Positions 11,415 through 23,598 of a stretch of DNA of 64,000 bases are shown piece by piece. The translations under genes and the position numbers were made by a program. Within the stretch, counting starts at the first letter, position 1; each line of letters begins with the position of its first letter. This DNA comes from Schizosaccharomyces osmophilus (Eukaryota), in assembly GCF_027921745.1 (NCBI RefSeq), contig NC_079239.1, forward strand, positions 1,054,001-1,118,000. Reading direction: 5' to 3'. The notes under the pieces are model-generated. The model did no database searches and was not told the DNA's origin. It saw only the letters and a list, made by a program, of their open reading frames with translations.

Positions 11415-11448
11415 CTGATAGCGAGTCTACCTTAAGCATTGCTATCAG
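11415..11448. promoter_or_regulatory. Inverted pair of GATAGC sites about 100-130 bp upstream of ade10
   Basis: CTGATAGC 11415-11422 and GCTATCAG 11441-11448. GATAGC is, from recall, the motif of the amino-acid-starvation GATA factor Fil1. Confidence 0.45.
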
Positions 11449-12305
11449 CAAATCATAGATCTTATAAATGAATGAGTTGATTTGTTTTACTGCTTCGTAA
11501 ATAAGCAACTCTGCAAATTTCTTTTTTGATTACAAGAACCATACAATCGAAACAATCAATTTTTCTTTCTCATTGTCATATATTCACTTAAAGTATGTAA
11601 CGAAAAAATCTCTTTATTCCAACCTGGGTTCTAATCTTTATCCTAGCCTAGTTTTCATGGAAATCTCGTAACCGTTTGAGCTTGCTTCAGTGAGTCACAA
11701 TTGAATCAGTTAAAATCATGATTAGCATAGAATATTTTGGAAAACATCATCAACAAGCATCAAACGGTTTCTTTGTTGACTGATTTCCTCTTCCTCTTTA
11801 CATACTCCCTATTGGAACACACACACACACACGACTACTACGTCCACATGGATATCTAAAGCAATCCAAATTGTATAAGCGTAAAACAGTTTTGATTTTA
11901 TTTCCTATTCATAGTTTCGAATAATCTAAAAAAGGTTAATATTATGAAATGATAAATCATATGAAATGCAAACCAAAAATATCAGATATTGGGTTTGGCT
12001 TCCGTGTCAATCGTCACAAAATTCAGATAGGGGCGACACAAGGTTGCTCATCATTATAATGATTTTGCATTTTTTTTGTTAAACTTACCATTTGCGTTAA
12101 GCGTAAATGACAAGGTGTAATCCTTCCAACTTATATAGTTTCGGGATCCAAGAACACGGTCACAAAACCTACCCTACAAATAGAAAATTTTATTTGTCAT
12201 TATGGGAAATAAGCAGGCAGAGAGTAGTTCAGTAAACAATAGGAAAAGAAAGAAAACAGTGATAAATCTGCTATTGTAATTTCAACAAAAAAATGATAAA
12301 AATTA

Positions 12306-12377
12306 TGCTCCAGCAGTGACTCGAACACTGGGCCTCTTGCTTACTAGGCAAGCGCTCTACCACTGAGCTACAAGAGC
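12306..12377 (-). tRNA. tRNA-Thr(AGT)
   Basis: Reverse complement GCTCTTGTAGCTCAGTGGTAGAGCG-CTTGC-CTAGTAA-GCAAG...GTTCGAGTC...GGAGCA, with a T-run downstream. Confidence 0.95.
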
Positions 12378-12695
12378 TTCTTCATGTTCGTCTTTTGCAA
12401 GCATATAGTAACGTAAAGAACAAGTAATAGCAATACTTTGAAGCCCCGACAAAATAATAAGATCGTTTCCGTCTACTACAGGTCTCCTTGCAGACGTTGA
12501 ATTATATAAATACTGTGGAAGAAGTGTGAAAATGTCAGAACCTAAAAGATGCACAGGAAACGAAAACGTATGTGAAACAAAATGTATGAATTATATATAC
12601 CTTTTATCAATCCTTAACCCACATAAAACATAATTAGCTGTGCAAGATGCATATGGCACACATCAAATCCAAAAGTTGCCTTGACTTTTATTTAT

Positions 12696-13656
12696 TTATT
12701 TCGCGGGGTCTGGCAATCGCTCATAGCAAGCAGTAAATTTCTTTCCACCATTTCTAGCAACCTTCTTTCCTTCTTCCGTCTCATTTGTCATAAGAGCAAC
12801 ACAGATATCCGCATCCTCTTCTTCTTTGGAAAGGCGACGGAAGAGGGAGTGCTTGTCAAGGGTTTCCGCCATCCAAAGATGGAGTTCTTCTACATCAGTA
12901 ATGGTGTAAAGTCTTCCATGAGGCTGAATGAAATAAGCATATTCTGAAGCCAAGGTACTGGTAACGATACGGTTCTTGTGTTTACGAGCTTTGAAGTGAG
13001 GATCTGGAAAGCAGAAAAACATTTTCGTGAGTTGTCCTTTTTCGAAAAAGTTTGGCAAAAACTTTTGACAGTTCATTCGTAAGACAGAAATATTCTTATA
13101 ACCTCCAACAACCGGTTCCTCATGCTCTGCTCGATAACGTATGGCCTGAATCTTTTCCTTCAAATAGTCGGTGACCTGCATTCGAATTTCCATTCCTAAA
13201 ACCAACGAATCTTGAAAATGAGGACCAAGGGCTACGGTAAGACCGCCATAACCACAGCCAATGTCCACAATCTCCACCTTCTTGCCAGAGTCTTCTGGGA
13301 AGTCTGGATAAAACGGTGTCCAATCCATTTCGGCGGGGCTTCTAGGACTTTTTATCGGTTAGAATTAAACAAGAATTAAAACAAACCACAGAATTTTATG
13401 AAGACTGATGGACTTGAGGCTTGTAAGGGCACACACTTACTATTCCAATTCATGATCAGACAAAACATTTGCATGGGCTCTTTGACGAAACAACCTTTTC
13501 TAAACAAATAATTAGACCTCAGTCAATGATATAGCATTTGTATACCATTGGTAAACGTCCTTCAATACCACCTCCTTTCGCCAGACGCTTCATTTTTTTT
13601 CTGGCTTCTTCCTCTTCACGTTGAATCTGTCCAGGGGTCTTTTGTTCTGCAGCCAT
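12696..13656 (-). CDS. trm8: tRNA (guanine-N7)-methyltransferase catalytic subunit; introns 13545-13500, 13440-13348
   Basis: Spliced [29 protein letters not shown], plus DIGCGYGGL, FPDPHFK and TEEGKKV. Confidence 0.95.
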
Positions 13657-13922
13657 ATTGATTATGCAGGTATTTGTATGTTTTACTACCAAAAATGGAG
13701 AATACCAAGGCTGAATGGCCGTTGGTAAATTTGAGGTATGCTGTGACAAGAAGAGCAAAGTCAGGTCCAACAAAAGTTATCTAAGCGATAATTTTAGTTT
13801 AATTAAGTAAACTTATAGAAAAAGAAAAGAAAGGAAAATAAATTATTTACACATTTGATTGAACAAGAATTAGGATATCATTCATTACAGAAATGGGCTA
13901 CAATACTAGTAGAAGGAATGCG

Positions 13923-14825
13923 TTACAGGGCCCCAGCACCCTTGGCGGCACCTAAAATCAATTCGACGATTTCGTCCATTCCCATGTTGTTCTTGACTTG
14001 GGCAAACACAGTAGGGCCGTTTTCGCGAACCTTTTTGGCATCACGGTTCATCACTTGAAGGTCTGCACCCACCAAGGCAGCCAGGTCTGTCTTGTTGACG
14101 ACCAACAAGTCGGATTCTGTAATACCAGGACCACCCTTACGGGGGATTTTGTCACCACCAGAGACATCAATGACATAGATGATAAAGTCTGCCAATTCTC
14201 GAGAATAGTTTGCAGCAAGATTATCGCCGCCAGATTCAACGAGCAAGAGGTCGGTTTGGAATTCGGCATGAAGTTCTTCCAAGGCGACCAAGTTTGCGGA
14301 AACATCTTCACGGATTGCCGCATGGGGACAGCCACCGGTTTCAATGGCACGGATCCGTTCTTGCGGGAGAGCTTGGTTGCGGATCAAAAACTCTTGGTCC
14401 TCCCGGGTGAAAATGTCGTTTGTGACGACACCGATACTGAATTTCGCAGCTAGACGGCGGCAAAGTTGCAAAAGAAGTGCTGTTTTACCGGAACCTACTG
14501 GACCACCGACTCCAATGGTAAAGCTGCGTGTTGTAAAGTCTCGATTGCTGTACGTTGGAAGCTCACGCTTTAAATAACTTCCTGGTGAGTCCATTGCATC
14601 GTGGGCATGGCCATGTTCAAGGATCATGCGTTCGCGTTCAGACAGATTGGGAGGAGGGTGAGGGTGAGGATGATCATGGTGAGGATGGTCATGGTGAGGA
14701 GGATGAGGAGGATGAGGATGCTCATGGTGATGGTCATGTCCACCGTGATGGCCGTGATGGTCGTGGTGATGCATGGGAGCGCTCTCCTCTCCACTTCCTT
14801 TGCGAACGATAGGAACAAAACCCAT
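13923..14825 (-). CDS. ure7: Urease accessory GTPase UreG with His/Pro-rich N-terminus
   Basis: [38 protein letters not shown] and NKTD motifs. True ATG is at 14825; the track start is a TTG. Confidence 0.95.
   Translation of the reverse strand: MGFVPIVRKGSGEESAPMHHHDHHGHHGGHDHHHEHPHPPHPPHHDHPHHDHPHPHPPPNLSERERMILEHGHAHDAMDSPGSYLKRELPTYSNRDFTTRSFTIGVGGPVGSGKTALLLQLCRRLAAKFSIGVVTNDIFTREDQEFLIRNQALPQERIRAIETGGCPHAAIREDVSANLVALEELHAEFQTDLLLVESGGDNLAANYSRELADFIIYVIDVSGGDKIPRKGGPGITESDLLVVNKTDLAALVGADLQVMNRDAKKVRENGPTVFAQVKNNMGMDEIVELILGAAKGAGAL
14652..14773 (-). repeat. Coding CAY/CCY-rich low-complexity repeat (His-Pro-Asp tract of UreG)
   Basis: Encodes [41 protein letters not shown]. Confidence 0.8.
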
Positions 14826-15885
14826 TTTCAAGACCGTCGCTACAACGAAAACAAATGAAAAGAGTTGTCAAAAGAATATAAAGATTGATAAATTTGAAAT
14901 GCGATATTCCTCTAGAAACACTTTTGTTTAATCCTCTTAACTTACAAAAGCAAATTCCTATCAGATTTAAAGAGGTAATGGATGAATCAAGAGCAGTTTC
15001 AATTCAAAAGTAAAAACAAAGAGGGAAATGGCAAAAGGGAAAAGCAAAGATAAAAATAAGTAAAGGCCCATCCATCCAACCTGATAACGTTTGATAATTA
15101 AGTCATCAAAATCCACTTCCCATTTAAGGGTACGTTGGATAGAGTATACTGAGGGCGACAGAGGCAATAGAATTCGTTTCACATGAATTTCTGTTTCTTG
15201 TAGCGTCGTTGTTTCTTTTTTTTTCTCTTTTTTTTTTTCGATTTGTTTCTGTACTTTCATCAAAACAACTCGCTCCAGTCGGGTTTATCGTTTCACCATT
15301 TCACCAGTTCGGGCATTGGTAGGGAATTCAGCTGCAGAGAAAAAAGAAGGAATTTCCTGTTTTTGGATCCTTGGATGGTTTGTTTTCAAATGGTTGCTTA
15401 GAGGAAAGAACGAATGGAAACGCAGAGTAAGAAGGAACTCGAGCGAAATATCAACAAAAAAAAGCTGGATTACTTTTTGATATTCATTTGGACTGTTTGA
15501 TGACTTTTCGAGTTTTAGACTTCTACACTGTTTCAATCCTAGTTTTTTTTATCATAGACCAAGTTTTCAGAAGAAATGATCTATTCAGCAGGAAGAGAGT
15601 CTTGTTTCAACCTCAGCTCCATTTTTTATTTTTATTTTTGTTTTTTATAGAAGAGTGGAATACGTCACCTTAGAAATTGACAAAAAAAAAAAGAAAACTG
15701 AAACGAATACTCAAAGAGATCAATCAAAAAAAATAAAAAATAAAAAGTAAAAATAAAAATAAAAACAAGAAAAGATAATTTACTCTTAGACGTTCTATGT
15801 CTCAAGAGAAACGGTTTTTTTTTCGCTCGTTTTCTCTTTCGAACAAATTGAACCATTTGCATCATGAAACTTATATCATATTCCT

Positions 15886-15917
15886 TGACGTAAGATGGAT
15901 AAGCGAAACTTATAAAG
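15886..15917 (+). promoter_or_regulatory. CRE (TGACGTAA) plus TATA box upstream of the 70-aa ORF
   Basis: TGACGTAA 15886-15893 and TATAAA 15912-15917. Confidence 0.55.
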
Positions 15918-16056
15918 CCAGTCGAAATTGGAACAAAAACAGCATTAAAAACGAAAACATCAAAAGCTGTTTTTAATAAATAGACATATTAACGTCTTTT
16001 CCTCCATTTGCTTTCTTTTTCGTCGATTCTGAAATCACTGTTTGAATTTTATCATC

Positions 16057-16269
16057 ATGAGCCCTGCACCCTACAAAGATCTCAACAAGGACACTGTTCA
16101 CACTCATCCTCCAGTTCGTGAGTCGGAGCGCAGAGAAGAGCACGGATGGGGCACTTTAAAGCAAGAACCCCTTATGGAAGACCAGGCTGAACATGATGCA
16201 GAGGCTGACATGTCGAAAGACCTGAAGGAAGTCAAGCAAGAGGCCAGTCGCCCTCCTCCATCTAAGTAA
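16057..16269 (+). CDS. Small (70 aa) hydrophilic protein with a GWG motif, Stf2/Stm1-like
   Basis: ATG in ATCATCATG context, highly charged sequence with EEHGWG, and a CRE/TATA promoter. Confidence 0.7.
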   Translation: MSPAPYKDLNKDTVHTHPPVRESERREEHGWGTLKQEPLMEDQAEHDAEADMSKDLKEVKQEASRPPPSK

Positions 16270-16881
16270 AACTTTTAAGTATGATTGGAATAATTACGAT
16301 TGGTGATGACAACTTAATTTCCTTTTTGTTTATATAAAAAACACCTTTTCGCTGTCCATTTGACGACTCCTTATTTATTTGTTTGTTGGACGATGATAGT
16401 TATATATCTATGTATAATGATGATGACTTGAATGAATAGAATTGAAAAGGTTCTTATGATTTGATATGTGGGAAATGGTTCGTAGTACAATTGTGTTTTA
16501 TTTATATGCATGGTTACTTGGATTGTAGTGAAGAAAATAATCGATGCATTGTATGCAGAAAGGCAAACGCGCGCATACATTACATTCTTTGTAAACCTAG
16601 GAAAAAAAATAGTTTCCGCTGTTGCACCAGAAACTGTAGAATGATGTTCATTAGTATCAAAGTACGTACTGCCTTCCATGAATAATTTCATTTACATATA
16701 TTACATATGTTTTATGTGCAAGCGAAAAACACTACCTGCACTTCTAAAAGTTCCTGCCCATCTTTATTATATCCATATACTATACATCATCAGATTTCAT
16801 TAAAATCGTCAATTGTAACAACAGAAATTTCCTTGTTTGCCTTTATTTTTTTTATTTGTATCGTCTCAATAGTACCCATAT

Positions 16882-17271
16882 TTAGTGAACTTGTTTGCGG
16901 AAATATTTTCTCCACGCTTCAGCAATTGGGTTTGGAACCGTCTGATCGTGAAGAGAAGTCATATTGTCCGCCGACGACTCCTCTTCTGTGTTTCTATCTT
17001 GGGTTCTGCTCGACATTTGTTCTAATTTACTATACCAGTGATTTTCATTAGCATCAGGGTTATACTGTGTTGCTAATGATCCTCGAGAACGAGAGCGGTA
17101 ACGTTCGCCGCAATCTTCTGAAGTTGTAGATGCACGGGATCCTCGTCTTTGTAGAGTGCAATTTTTCCAACGACGAGTTGGAGAGCTGGAAAGAACAGAG
17201 GGATCACACTGGTTATCGTCTTCAAACGAGATGTTTTGATCCTTTATATCACCGGGAGGACGAGTGTTCAT
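16882..17271 (-). CDS. Ser/Arg-rich orphan protein, 129 aa
   Basis: ATG-initiated ORF with disordered composition and an RRGS PKA-type site; no overlap with any recognised gene. Confidence 0.65.
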   Translation of the reverse strand: MNTRPPGDIKDQNISFEDDNQCDPSVLSSSPTRRWKNCTLQRRGSRASTTSEDCGERYRSRSRGSLATQYNPDANENHWYSKLEQMSSRTQDRNTEEESSADNMTSLHDQTVPNPIAEAWRKYFRKQVH

Positions 17272-18558
17272 AATGCTATTTCATATATAGATTAAACGTG
17301 TAATAAAATTTAAAACTGGTTTTCTTCTGTTAGTAACTTATGAAACGTTCTTGTTCAACAATCCGCTGCATTTTCATACCTTAGAATATATTTCAATTGA
17401 GATCACAAATCTTTTCCAACGTAATTAAAAAGAGAAGCAATGAATAAACAATGTATCGGGGCGGTGTATTATAGTAAAAGTATCAGTGATTGTATTTGTA
17501 TGATGCTTTTGTTTCAATCCATACAAGATGGGTGGGGGGTATACTTATATATATAACATTTTTTTTATGAAATTGAATTTCATAATCTTCTACGTGAATT
17601 GCTTCTCATATCTGAATATCTATACGCCATTTGTTGCCCAAACTTTGGATTGACGGAGTGCTTTGCGATATTTTTGTGGCCATCGTCGCCACATTTGAAG
17701 TATGAGAAACTGCTCTCAAGAGCAGGAACACAGTTTATAGAATAGGAGAAATGCATAATAACGAGAGAGGAAGTTCAGGAGTGTGCTCAATCACCGGACT
17801 CCTGTTGTCAAGATATTGAACTTTACATTTTCTTTTCAACGTACCTTATAGGAAACGTTATCTGTCATTGGAAGGGGGAAAAAAGTATTTTTTGTATTAC
17901 TAATGAACTTGACATTACTGCATGGCTATAAATGTCAAAGGTCATTGACTAAAAGAACCTTCATAGACAAGCACATTTGTGAATATTCTCTGCCACGCTC
18001 AAAAGATATTGCATCTATGCCTGGGATTCATTGGCTCTGTTTTCTATTGAATCAATGTTACTTTCAATTCTTTTCAACATAATAAAAGCCAACTACTTCA
18101 TTGTTTTTTCACCTGTTCTTCACAAGCACATGACGTTACTTTGAAAGTGACATTACATGCGAAACTTACAGAATGTGCACACGATTCTAGCTACTGGACA
18201 AATTATCTTGTTTCTATCATATATTTATTTTTTTCATTTAACTCCTTCTTGTCCCACCGACTCTGCTAGCTCTTCGTTTTTGCCTACCTTTTTGAATCTT
18301 GATGACAAACAGAAACAAAAACAAAAACAAAATTTCATACAAATAACAAGGAATAATAGCAGCGCAAAGCAACACTACGATACGTACCCTTTACCACCAA
18401 AACGTACGCTATTCATTTAACGGGTGCGTCTAGAACATCACTATCTGTATTTCGGTTTCTAATTACATTTTCGTTTGCCATTCACAACAAGCCCGTTCGT
18501 TAGGAAACAATTCCTACCGCATTGAAAAGAATAATTTCCATTTTTAAAGAACATAAGT

Positions 18559-18876
18559 ATGTATTCCAAAAACCCAAGGTATGACCTCGCCGCCTACCCA
18601 GGCGACCCTCGCCGCCGACTTCGTAAAAATGTTCGATTTGAAACGCCTGTCGAAGACGACGATGAATACCGTGAATTTGAAGACAGTGACAGTGATGATC
18701 AAAAGTTTGAAGATCGCGATCCTCGAAAACGCGTTGATCCCATCCAACATATGCTACTCATCCACCGTCTCAACCGTATCTCCCAATCCTCTAAACATAC
18801 TTTCCTCTTTATGCTTGTGTGCTTTGTTTTTTTCTTTTTCATCTTAATCGGCTTTTTCTCACTTCGTTCTCATTAA
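18559..18876 (+). CDS. Small tail-anchored orphan protein, 105 aa
   Basis: Acidic middle region, KNVRF motif, and a single C-terminal hydrophobic helix FLFMLVCFVFFFFILIGFFSL followed by RSH. Confidence 0.7.
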   Translation: MYSKNPRYDLAAYPGDPRRRLRKNVRFETPVEDDDEYREFEDSDSDDQKFEDRDPRKRVDPIQHMLLIHRLNRISQSSKHTFLFMLVCFVFFFFILIGFFSLRSH

Positions 18877-19937
18877 AAAGGTATCCCTTCTCGTAATTGA
18901 ACTCCCTTATTATGCTGAGGTAAAAATGTCCGAATTGTTTTCTATTCCTTGTTCTGCCGGTCCTTTTTGTTATTTAAATTTCAAAAAACTTTCCTTTTGT
19001 CCTCTCCTTTTTCTTTGTCCCTGCAGACTTGTCCGGCCTTTGTGATTGGAATCTCACTTACTTTAGAATTGACGCTTCAATTATGTCCGATCGTTTTTTC
19101 AATAAATTAAGTCCTACTTATAATTTATTACTACCCATTTCGTTTCATATATTTACGACAAATTAGTTGATATGATACCTCATTCTATAATTCAACTCCA
19201 TCCTGAATATTCTCTCATCTTAATAGTCAATAATAATGTATTAGCCTTAGCGCGCATTTCTATTACTACAAATTGCAGAATCGTAAAGCTTTTCCTTTAA
19301 GAAACTATATACCCAAGAACCACAATCCAACAAAAGAGAGACGCTGAATTTGAAACCAACCTCCCTGGAAAAGATAAAGATTTTCAAGACTTCATAGCAC
19401 ATCCATATAGCCTCGAAAAAATATCAACATAATCATTTATATATGTTGTATGCCCATCGTATTCGTACATTCACTCTATAAAGCTTTCTTCCGAATCATT
19501 GTATCCCTTTGTATAATTTTTCCATACCAATAACCTGGTTATCGATACTTTCAATTGTTGACACAGTAATGGTGAACCAAAGAAACAACATGCATACAAA
19601 AACTTGTCGGATCGTCCACATAACGCTTCCACATCTGCAATCAACAAACGCACGCTCAAGCGGATAATGTCAATTCGATTTTTATTATCATTTCATCTGT
19701 TACTAACGAATCGATCAAATTTCCTTCGCGCAAAACGCTCAATCACAGTGAAATATGAATTTTTCACTCTTTCATTGATTTTTCTTTTTTTCTCTATCCA
19801 TCAGATATTTCTATCCAAAGCATCTTTGTTTCCTTTTTAGCAGAACTTGTAGAACTTGAACAGAACAAAGTTTCTTCAACAAAAGCAAAAGATTTTTTGA
19901 CTGCATAAATAAAAAGGAGGATCAGTCATATCCTAGC

Positions 19938-21833
19938 TTACCACCAGGACTGGGAACTGCCACTGTTATAAGTGTTTCCATGATTGCTGGGGGTACGATC
20001 ATAACCACTGTTGTAAGGAGCGTAACTACCGCCAGTGTTGTAGTTGCTAGCAGTGTTAGTAGTACGACGGAAATCACGGGTTCCGTAGTTTCCACCACCA
20101 CGTCCGCGAGGAGTGAAGCGTCCGCGTCCGCCACCACCACCGCCGAAACTGCTTTCACGAGCCATAGCCAAAAGGAAGCTAGGGCACTCTTGGTGGGATT
20201 CATTTAATAGGTCAATGAGATCCTTGGCAAGAGCCTTATTATTACGGTTAAAGAAAGCAACGGCATGACCAATGTTTCCGGCACGACCAGTACGACCAAT
20301 ACGATGGACATAGTCATCAATATCAGTGGGCAAGTCGTAGTTAATAACGTGTGTAACGTTGGGGATATCCAAACCACGACTGGCGACTGCAGTAGCAACC
20401 ATGATAGAAGTACGGCCGGAACGGAACAAATCTAAAGCGCGTTCACGCTCACGTTGTGTACGGTCACCGTGAATGCTAGTTGCAGGGAAGTTGCTGGTCA
20501 ACAAATAGTCGGTAAGAGTATCTGCCATACGCTTAGTCTCGACGAAAATCAAGGTCAAGCCCTCAATAGGGAGGGTGTGAAGGATATCAAGCAAGTAACT
20601 GCGCTTTTCTGAATCTTCAACATGGACAACCTTCTGAGTAATGTTTTCAGAGGTAGATCCAACTCGGCCAACACTCAAGAAGACGTATTCCTTCAAGAAG
20701 TCACGAGCTAATACTTGGATATCGCGAGGGAAAGTAGCGGAAAACATGAGAGTTTGGCGATTGTCAACACCAGTCATGTCAGCACCTTCGACAATTTGTC
20801 TAATTTGGGGTTCGAAACCCATATCCAACATGCGGTCAGCTTCATCCAAAACCAAAAATTTGATGTTAGCTAAAGAGATGCGACCACGGTCAATCAAATC
20901 GACCAAACGACCAGGAGTGGCAGAGAGTAAATCACAGCCTTGGTCCATGGTACGAATTTGAGCACGAATATCAGCACCACCGTAAACAGCACAGGGGCGA
21001 ACCCAAGAGCGGTAACAGAACTTTCTTGATTCCTCGTGGATTTGGCAAACCAACTCACGAGTAGGAGCAAGAATTAAGGTAGTGGGATAAGCCTTACGAG
21101 GACGATAGCCCATACCAGGGTTTTTATCCATAGGAATAGGAGCTGGACCCTTGTCAAATGCAAGAGAAAGAATGGGGAACAGGAAACCAGCCGTTTTACC
21201 TGAACCAGTTTGAGCACAAGCCATCAAGTCACGACCAGAAGTGACAATGGGGATAGAGTTCTTTTGAACTGGGGTAGGTTGAGTATAACCAGATAGGAAG
21301 ATATTTTGAAGCAAATGGTTGTTCAAAGGAGGAGAAAGGAATTCATGAACAGGTTCAACTTCACCTCCAGAAACCTCAACAGGGATGTCATCATATCTTT
21401 CAAAGTTGATTCCTGTTGAAGCTTTGACACCGTCGGCGACAGCACCAAACAATTGGCGTTCCAATATGGTGTTTCTAGCGCCGAGGATGTGTTGACCGTC
21501 TTTCCATTGGCCACCTCCACGATTGTTACGGTAACCACCACCGTTATTACCTTCACGACCTCCGCGGAAGCCACCTCCAAATCCTCCACGGCCTTCGCCA
21601 CCACGGTTGAATTCACGGCGTCCGCCGAAGCCAGAAGACGAAATTTCACTAGGGGTTTCAGAGCGAGAAGCTGGCTCAGAGCTCACCGGTGTAGGACTCG
21701 TAGGAACGGCATCAGGCGTGCTACGGGCAAAGGGAGGAACGTACTTCCTAGGTCTGTTATTGAGATTAACTCTTTGCAAATTTTCAGTCACGGAACCAAC
21801 TGAATCTACTTGTTGCTGTACATTGTCGCTCAT
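19938..21833 (-). CDS. sum3: DEAD-box RNA helicase Ded1/Sum3
   Basis: True start MSDNVQQQ at 21833. [28 protein letters not shown] motifs, RGG tails and C-terminal SWW. Confidence 0.97.
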   Translation of the reverse strand: MSDNVQQQVDSVGSVTENLQRVNLNNRPRKYVPPFARSTPDAVPTSPTPVSSEPASRSETPSEISSSGFGGRREFNRGGEGRGGFGGGFRGGREGNNGGGYRNNRGGGQWKDGQHILGARNTILERQLFGAVADGVKASTGINFERYDDIPVEVSGGEVEPVHEFLSPPLNNHLLQNIFLSGYTQPTPVQKNSIPIVTSGRDLMACAQTGSGKTAGFLFPILSLAFDKGPAPIPMDKNPGMGYRPRKAYPTTLILAPTRELVCQIHEESRKFCYRSWVRPCAVYGGADIRAQIRTMDQGCDLLSATPGRLVDLIDRGRISLANIKFLVLDEADRMLDMGFEPQIRQIVEGADMTGVDNRQTLMFSATFPRDIQVLARDFLKEYVFLSVGRVGSTSENITQKVVHVEDSEKRSYLLDILHTLPIEGLTLIFVETKRMADTLTDYLLTSNFPATSIHGDRTQRERERALDLFRSGRTSIMVATAVASRGLDIPNVTHVINYDLPTDIDDYVHRIGRTGRAGNIGHAVAFFNRNNKALAKDLIDLLNESHQECPSFLLAMARESSFGGGGGGRGRFTPRGRGGGNYGTRDFRRTTNTASNYNTGGSYAPYNSGYDRTPSNHGNTYNSGSSQSWW

Positions 21834-22588
21834 AATATTATTATGTTCGTTGTTGTGTGTGGTAAATGTTAAGTTCAAATTTGCGGCTGACTCCTCCAAA
21901 TAGAGGGCGGGACTGCCCTTTTATAGATAACGACCAACAGTTTTAGCCACGAAATAAATTTATTGCTAAAAAATAATAATTCCTACTAGACTTATAAGAA
22001 TTATTTTTACAGCATTCCCGTTTGTTTGAGATCGATTTCTGAGGATTAGAGGGTTTTTTTCTTTTATATGGAAATTTCTTATTTTGGACGTCAGACTACC
22101 AGAAAACAAGTAGATAACTAGTTAAATATAATCAAATTAAAAGACGTTGAATTATGCCTTTTAGATACTCCAACTGTGAAGTCGATATATTGGATACAGC
22201 TTCATTCTAAGCAAGAGAATGATGTATCAAAAAACTACTTGTAAATATATTCTTATTTCAACCTATAATTCATACACTCGTTCTTTGTTGTTTCTTTAAT
22301 CTGGGTCGTCATTTAAATGGGACTTGACTCGCCGTAGGGTATTATTATTGTTTTGGCATTCCAGCCTCTCTTCCCAAGACGTCTAATTCTTTCTATAACA
22401 ACGGACTTTGAGATTTGTAAACCATACACTTCGATTTCGTTTTTTTATTTATCTTTTATATTACTATTACCGATTGTCTGTTAAAAAGTAGGCGCTATTT
22501 GAAGTGATTCAAAGTTTGACCACTGAGAAGGCGTCAATAGCTCAGAGTTTCCTTTTTCTCTTTCTTTTTTCTTGCTTTCTTCTAAAAA

Positions 22589-23287
22589 ATGCTGATTTTG
22601 AATTGTCTATCATACTTGGGTGTTATTTTGGGATTTGTCGGATTAACCCTTAGCATTGCTTCTGCTTTGTATTATGTTTCTGAGTTTATAGAAGAACACA
22701 CAAAGCTAGCCAAAGCCTTCTTAACAAGACTGGTTTACTTTATCATGGGCACGCTAATCCTACTTGCTTTACTTGACGGTTTTCCTTTCTGGCTTTGCGC
22801 CTTTTCTATATTCAGTAACTATGTCTACAAACTCAATTTTGATACATTCCCATTCTTTTCTTTTCGCCGTCTACGTTTTCTACTGGCTTGTGCCTTAATT
22901 ATCACTAATCATCTCTTGTGGGTTCGGTTCTTTCAAACCCATGAGTTTCCCGGTCGCCCTCGCGGCGTTACTTACGACTTTCTTGGCCAAAGAGTAGCGA
23001 CATACCGTGCCACCTTTTCACAAGTAGCCTCCTTTATGGGAATCTGCGTTTGGTCGGTTCCCATTGGGATTTTTGTGTCTTTCACTGCTGCAGACAATGC
23101 TTTGCCTACTACCATAGCTGCTGATTCTTCAGAGTCCTCTTCTTATCCTGATTCATCTAATCGTCCACAAGTTCGTGCTTCTAATGTTTTACGTCAAATG
23201 TACAAGAAAGTAGGCGCCTACATTGAACGGTCTCTTGCCGCCTTAGGTTTAAGTGACCAAATGGGTGCAAACGAACGTTTTGTATAA
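22589..23287 (+). CDS. svp26: Svp26/TEX261-family ER-exit adaptor
   Basis: [18 protein letters not shown], several TM helices, and [26 protein letters not shown]. Confidence 0.88.
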   Translation: MLILNCLSYLGVILGFVGLTLSIASALYYVSEFIEEHTKLAKAFLTRLVYFIMGTLILLALLDGFPFWLCAFSIFSNYVYKLNFDTFPFFSFRRLRFLLACALIITNHLLWVRFFQTHEFPGRPRGVTYDFLGQRVATYRATFSQVASFMGICVWSVPIGIFVSFTAADNALPTTIAADSSESSSYPDSSNRPQVRASNVLRQMYKKVGAYIERSLAALGLSDQMGANERFV

Positions 23288-23598
23288 GTAACTCTATTCT
23301 TACGAACGGTACTTTTAACTTATAACCATCATCCTTTTACTTCGTTTATGTTCATGCTTTCTCAGCTTTTTTAAAGTCATTGTATCCTACTTGTGCATCC
23401 TTTCTCCTCTCCCTCGCACATGATGCAAAATCAAAATTACTCTTAGTTTATGATCGTTACAATCATCTGTAAATACGAATTTCCCTTTTGCACTTCCCAT
23501 AAAAAACCGTGAAAAACAAGAATCATGATTCATTACCACTATTATTATTATTATTATAACCTATTAAGTCATACCTTTTTCCATATACCTTATACATT

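Noticed and set aside
11817..11833. (CA)n microsatellite; also poly-A/T tracts at 15620-15780, 33474-33495 and 52309-52331
   Set aside because: Ordinary low-complexity intergenic sequence; could be origin or nucleosome-depleted tracts but nothing specific is supportable.
21834..21899. In-frame TTG extension of sum3 shown in the ORF track
   Set aside because: The TTG lies only about 20 bp downstream of the TATA box (about 21920-21926) and so is probably not in the mRNA.
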